Origin: Macrostomum lignano
Taxonomy: Eukaryota
NCBI GenBank assembly: GCA_002269645.1
Contig: NIVC01002567.1
Location: forward strand, 97,187-161,186
Direction of reading: 5' to 3'
DNA length: 64,000 bases
A program made the translations under genes and the position numbers. A model generated the notes under the pieces. The model was not told the origin of the DNA, did no database searches, and was given only the letters and a program-made list of their open reading frames with translations. Below, piece after piece: positions 59,301 through 64,000 of this stretch (position 1 is its first letter; each line of letters starts with the position of its first letter).

Positions 59301-60764
59301 ACTGGATCGCGATAACACAAGGGAAGAAACGGATTCATGGACCACTAAAGCAGAAGAAGGCTACACTGGAATGAGATTAATAGTGAAGTTTTTAAGCAAT
59401 TTTTCTCAAAATGCTACCGGAGACCCGGAAGCAAGCAGAGATTCGGAGAAATATTTCAGCTGCTGGCTGGCATCTCTTTAGTGCAGTTCGCAGCCACCAG
59501 TGCAGTGCGCGGGACTGCTTGAAACTGTTTAATAACGATGCTACTGCTGGTAGCACACCAAATGCTTTTAAAGTTCAAGTCCACCGCAAGACTCCAATTC
59601 TCCTTTCAAGTTCTTTCATTTTCTTTCTCTATAGAGCTGCATTATGACCCACGTACCCCCCCCCCTACCTCTTCGCCCAGCCTCTCTCCTTCATCGCCAA
59701 TAGCAGCGGGCGGGCAGGTCAGTGGCTGTGGCTCACGCAGGTCTCACCCAGAGGGCAGGGCTGTGCATCAGAGGAATCTTCAACCCTCCCCCTTTAGCCC
59801 CAGCCTCTGATGAAGCCTTGCCAACGTAGTGCCAACGTAATGCAAACGTTTTCTGTAGTATCTAGCAGTTTAACATTTCATTCTATGCAATTTTGTTCTC
59901 GCCATTTTTACTGACCCGGCAAGTAATAAATGAAATTCTATATTTCTTTATTGTTTAATTGTTGGCTTGCTTGTGAAAGCAATTTGGCCTGTGATTCTCC
60001 AAGCAGTGGCAGCAGAGAAGTGGGAGGGAGCGTGCTCTTAAAAATGTACTTTTATTAATATACTCAGATGCACTGTAGAATCCGTTCAAAACAGTGCCCA
60101 ATTGTCACACGATTGGCCTGTAGCTCTGCTTTAAACTTGTTTGAACATTTTTTTTCTGGAAAACTCCTTTCAAAGAGTGCAAAGATTATTTACAAATAAT
60201 AGTGCTTGGGCTGATTAGTCTACTGACAGCAGTAGTGCAGCTATGAATATTGCAGTCTCTTTTTATTTAAAGTTTCATTGAATGAAAAGCATACAAAAGC
60301 CGCTGGCTATGAGCTTATTTGTCATCATCTCACGCCAAATTTCCCTTGCAGAAAAACTTTCCACTTTCTTTCTTTCTGTCTTTCTTTAAGTTTGTCATCT
60401 AACGAAATTTGCTTGCGTTTTGAGTCAATATTAAAGGCGAAATGTCAACAGACTGGGCACATCGATTCTCCCAGCCGCTTGTCGCATTGCCTGGCTCTGT
60501 CCCTCTTATAGTGTTTTTTATCACCTGCCTTCTCAAGTTGAGTAGATGGCGCTGAGAGTCTGGGGCGGCGGCAAAAAACTGCGGAAAGAAGGAGAATGAG
60601 CAAACATTTGGGAATATTGAGTGCGAAGTGAGTTGGATAAATTCATTGCTGCAAGACTCCTTCTCGCTTTCATAGAAATTATTAATTAAGCTGTCGGCTG
60701 ACTCGGGCTGAGCAGTTCTGTATGGGTTAAACGTGTCTGTGATAGTGGAGTTGGCAGGGAAGTT

Positions 60765-61095
60765 GAGAGGAAAGTAGATAGTAGGGTAGAGAGACAGTGG
60801 GGTAGGCTGTGGAGTAGACAGTAAGGTAGAGTAGATATCCATATAAGTAGATTAGCAAGTAGACTGAAAAGTAGACTAGGAAGTAGACATAGCAGTATAC
60901 AGGGAAGTAGATTGGGAGTAGACAGGGAAGTAGAGAAGGACGTAGACTGGGAAGTAGACGGGGAAGTAGACAGAACAGTAGATAGGGAAGTAGACAGAGA
61001 AGTAGATTGGGGAGTAGACAGGGAAGTAGACAGAGAAGTAGACTGGGGAGTAGACAGTGAAGTAGACAAGGAAGTAGCCTGGAGAGTAGACAGTG
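60765..61095. repeat. 12-bp degenerate repeat
   Basis: gtagacagggaa/gtagactgggaa units. Confidence 0.8.
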
Positions 61096-62289
61096 TTCTA
61101 AGGTAGGGAGAACTGCATGCAGAGGACTGAAACCTGTTCCATTCATTGTCTGGATGGCTGGTAGCACGGGGAAGCGGGAACACCAGCACTCACACACGGT
61201 GGAATCAAATCCCAAGAAAAAACTGTAAAAAGAAATTGAAAGTTGCTTGGCCAACCCGCAGAACAAACTCGGTTCTGTCACAACAGTTTAACAGGGAGGG
61301 CCGGCCCTGTGAGTTTCCCTTATCCCAGCTCAATATTTCTCCAAGCCGGGACTGACCGCTGCTTGGCTGGGAGGCCCGGCGTGTTTGCGCACACAATTTG
61401 AATATTTCACGAACTTGCACTGGTAGCTGCTGGATGGCGCGCAGGAAACACTCGGCAAAAGAAATGGCCAATTGTTTGACTGTCAAATATATCACCAGGC
61501 TCGCGCGGTTCAGACTGATGCCTTCCTTGAATTGTAAACTGATTCTGTGCTGCCATTCACAATGGCCAGTTTTAATAGGAAAATAACTTAAAAGAGAGGT
61601 CAGGAATGGCCAATCCCAGCTCCCTGGTGAGGATTTCAGGTGGTCACTTCCTGTTTGAGGCTTGAGAAGCTGGGAGAGAACCTGCGGGCAACAGGAAATG
61701 GGATTCTTATATACAGAGCGCGTTATTTCTTTGTTGTGAAAATTCTTCCAAGGTGGGAATATTTATATATGTGTGTGTGCATGTATATAGATTCAGTTTT
61801 GAGTACAGCTCAAAGTCATCTGAATTGCTACTTTAGCGATGACTTTTTTGAGACAGCTAAGATCCTCTCCGCTCCCCAGCTCTCCGTTCATTAAAGAAAG
61901 CCGACGGGAGGGCCAAGAGAAAATGAAGGGATTTATTGTGCCTCTGTGGGTGGGACAGCGGCTCGCGTCAGCGGCCATAAACCTCACCGCTTATTAACGA
62001 ACTGAGAGCCCCCCTCCCATAACTCCCAGATCTGACTGGGAATTCAAGCCGCAGATCTGCTAACTGCGTGATGAAGGGTGAAAGACTCTGAGCTGGACCA
62101 TGGAGATTAGAAGACAGAAGAGTCTGGACCGGCAACTCCATCGCGTTATGGGATAACTTTTACCAATCAGCATATTCAGGGGCGTTGCCACCGGGGGCGA
62201 CGGGGGGGACATACCAATGCTTTGTCCCCCCCACCCCACCTTGTGACCCATTGTGGAAATCAACAATTTTGCTTCAGGGCGACAAAACA

Positions 62290-62437
62290 TAGCGCCAGCG
62301 GCGCCAAAATGAGGTCCTGCGGCGCCAAAATGAGGGCCAGCGGCGCCAAAATGAGGGCCAGCGGCGCCAAAATGAGGGCCAGCGGCGCCAAAATGAGGGC
62401 CAGCGGCGCCAATATGAGGGCCAGCGGCGCCAAAATG
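62290..62437. repeat. 21-bp minisatellite, possibly inside a non-autonomous DNA element starting near 62178
   Basis: (gcggcgccaaaatgagggcca)n, ~7 copies; upstream caggggcgttgccaccggggg resembles a hAT-type end. Confidence 0.8.
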
Positions 62438-63354
62438 AGTGCTGACGATATCGATACTAAAAATAATGTACATGTAGGAATTTAGTCATTTAGTACATGT
62501 ACATGTACATGAATTCTTGGCTTTGTCCGCCCAAACATAAATCCATGTCGACGCCTCTGATCATATTCACGATAGTTGACAGAAACTCGCAGATGAAATA
62601 GCTATTAAATAAAGTTTCGTAGTTTCATTTGAAGTCAATCGAAGCATTCTCACTATCCTGCGGAGTTCTCTGACTGCTTCCAGATCTATGCTCCAGCTGT
62701 CCCTGGCTTGGGGATTATTGGGTAATTGTGAAAATGGCGGGATGTCTGAGGCTATTCAATCCTGTTTTTTGTGCCAGTCACCCGCTTTATTGCCTTCTAT
62801 TAATCCTTAGATAAACCGCCGTCCCCCACATCAAGGACAGCTGAACCGAGTTTTTATCAGAAAGGTCTTTGACAGGCTCCAGGAACAATTGAAAATTGGA
62901 TGGACACCCCTGCTGTGCAATAAAATCTTATTCTCTCACTGCAATAAAATGCAGGCCTCACGGAAGCCCTCGGAGGATCATTTCCTAGAAAACTTCCGGA
63001 ATTGTTAGCGAGCGGGCTCGTTACCTACGAGTACAATGGCTGCGCGCGGTATTAAGGCAATTAAATATGTGTAATTTTGCCTATCATTTTTATGCGGCTA
63101 CACGACTGACAGGAGCACTCATGCCATGAAACCTGAGCAGTCCCCTAGAGAGGGAAGCAGATACCGCAACTGGGCTCACCCACCAGCCTGCTAAACTTCA
63201 TTATCTGCGATCACGACCGGAAATAGAAAGCAGTTAGAAGTTTGCTTTTGTAGAATTTGTAGAATTTATTCCGTGAGCCATGCTTCTGGCCTGCGCTTGC
63301 TGGAGCTGTCTTCTGCAAGCATTGCAGAGCGCAGGCAATTCTCGCACCGGTTAC

Positions 63355-63735
63355 CCTGTCAGCCCCATGATTTGGTAGTTTTGCCCGCAATCACTTTTTT
63401 AATTTGTCAGCCCCATGATTTGGTAGTTTTGCCCGCAATCACTTTTTTAATTTGTCAGCCCATGATTTGGTAGTTTTGCCCGCAATCACTTTTTTAATTT
63501 GTCAGCCCCATGATTTGGTAGGTTTGCCCGCAATCACTTTTTAATTTGTCAGCCCATGATTTGGTAGGTTTGCCCGCAATCACTTTTTAATTTGTCAGCC
63601 CCATGATTTGTAGGTTTGCCCGCAATCACTTTTTAATTTGTCAGCCCCATGATTTGGTAGGTTTGCCCGCAATCACTTTTTTAATTTGTCAGCCCTATGA
63701 TTTGGTAGGTTTGCCCGCAATCACTTTTTAATTAG
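63355..63735. repeat. ~47-bp minisatellite
   Basis: tttgtcagccccatgatttggtaggtttgcccgcaatcactttttaa-type units, ~8 copies. Confidence 0.93.
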
Positions 63736-63789
63736 TCTGAATGTTCCACTCTGATCATCTAATCTCCACAGTCTCACTACACTCTCACC

Positions 63790-64000
63790 CTACCCTCTCA
63801 ACCCAAACGCCACCCCTCCTCTCTCACCCCTCCCCTCTCACCCCTCCTCTCTCAGCCCTCCTCTCTCACCCCTCCTCTCTCACCCCTCCTCTCTCACCCC
63901 TCCTCTCCACCCCTCCTCTCTCACCCTCTCTCTCACCCTCCTCTCTCAGCCCTCCTCTCTCACCCTCCTCTCTCAGCCTCCTCCTCACCCCTCCTCTCTC
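63790..64000. repeat. CT-rich repeat running off the window end
   Basis: ctctcacccctcct units. Confidence 0.9.

Noticed and set aside
54300-64000. Genes in the last 10 kb
   Set aside because: Only repeats and short motif-less ORFs were seen; no coding feature could be supported.

Overview
Eukaryotic, intron-containing animal DNA. GC/Ala-rich exons with polyQ tracts are separated by long introns and spacers filled with distinct micro- and minisatellites. This style resembles the flatworm Macrostomum (inference, not verified). Host genes recognised by protein motifs: PEX2 3' exon (+), SMCO4 (+), a 3-exon type II TNF/C1q-like ligand (+) with an upstream duplicated pseudo-exon, IFT27/RABL4 (-), two PLAC8/cornifelin paralogues (-), an M28 NAALADase/PSMA-like gene (-), a bombesin/CCHamide-type GPCR (+) and GCLM (+). 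Mobile DNA: the 5' end of a Ty3/Gypsy element (LTR, PBS, gag; missed by the ORF track because it runs off the window), hAT- and Harbinger-type MITEs, and a decayed Penelope-like retroelement (SGNH-like ORF, RT, GIY-YIG). The most unusual object lies at about 19.5-22.7 kb on the minus strand. It is a frameshifted, co-oriented module made of a CRESS-virus-like SF3 helicase, a C2H2 zinc finger and a phage-integrase-type tyrosine recombinase, cut at its upstream end by the Penelope insertion. It may be a relic of an integrative DNA virus or transposon type. Most long ORFs in the supplied track are translations of tandem repeats. All assignments are by-eye motif recognition; no database searches were run.
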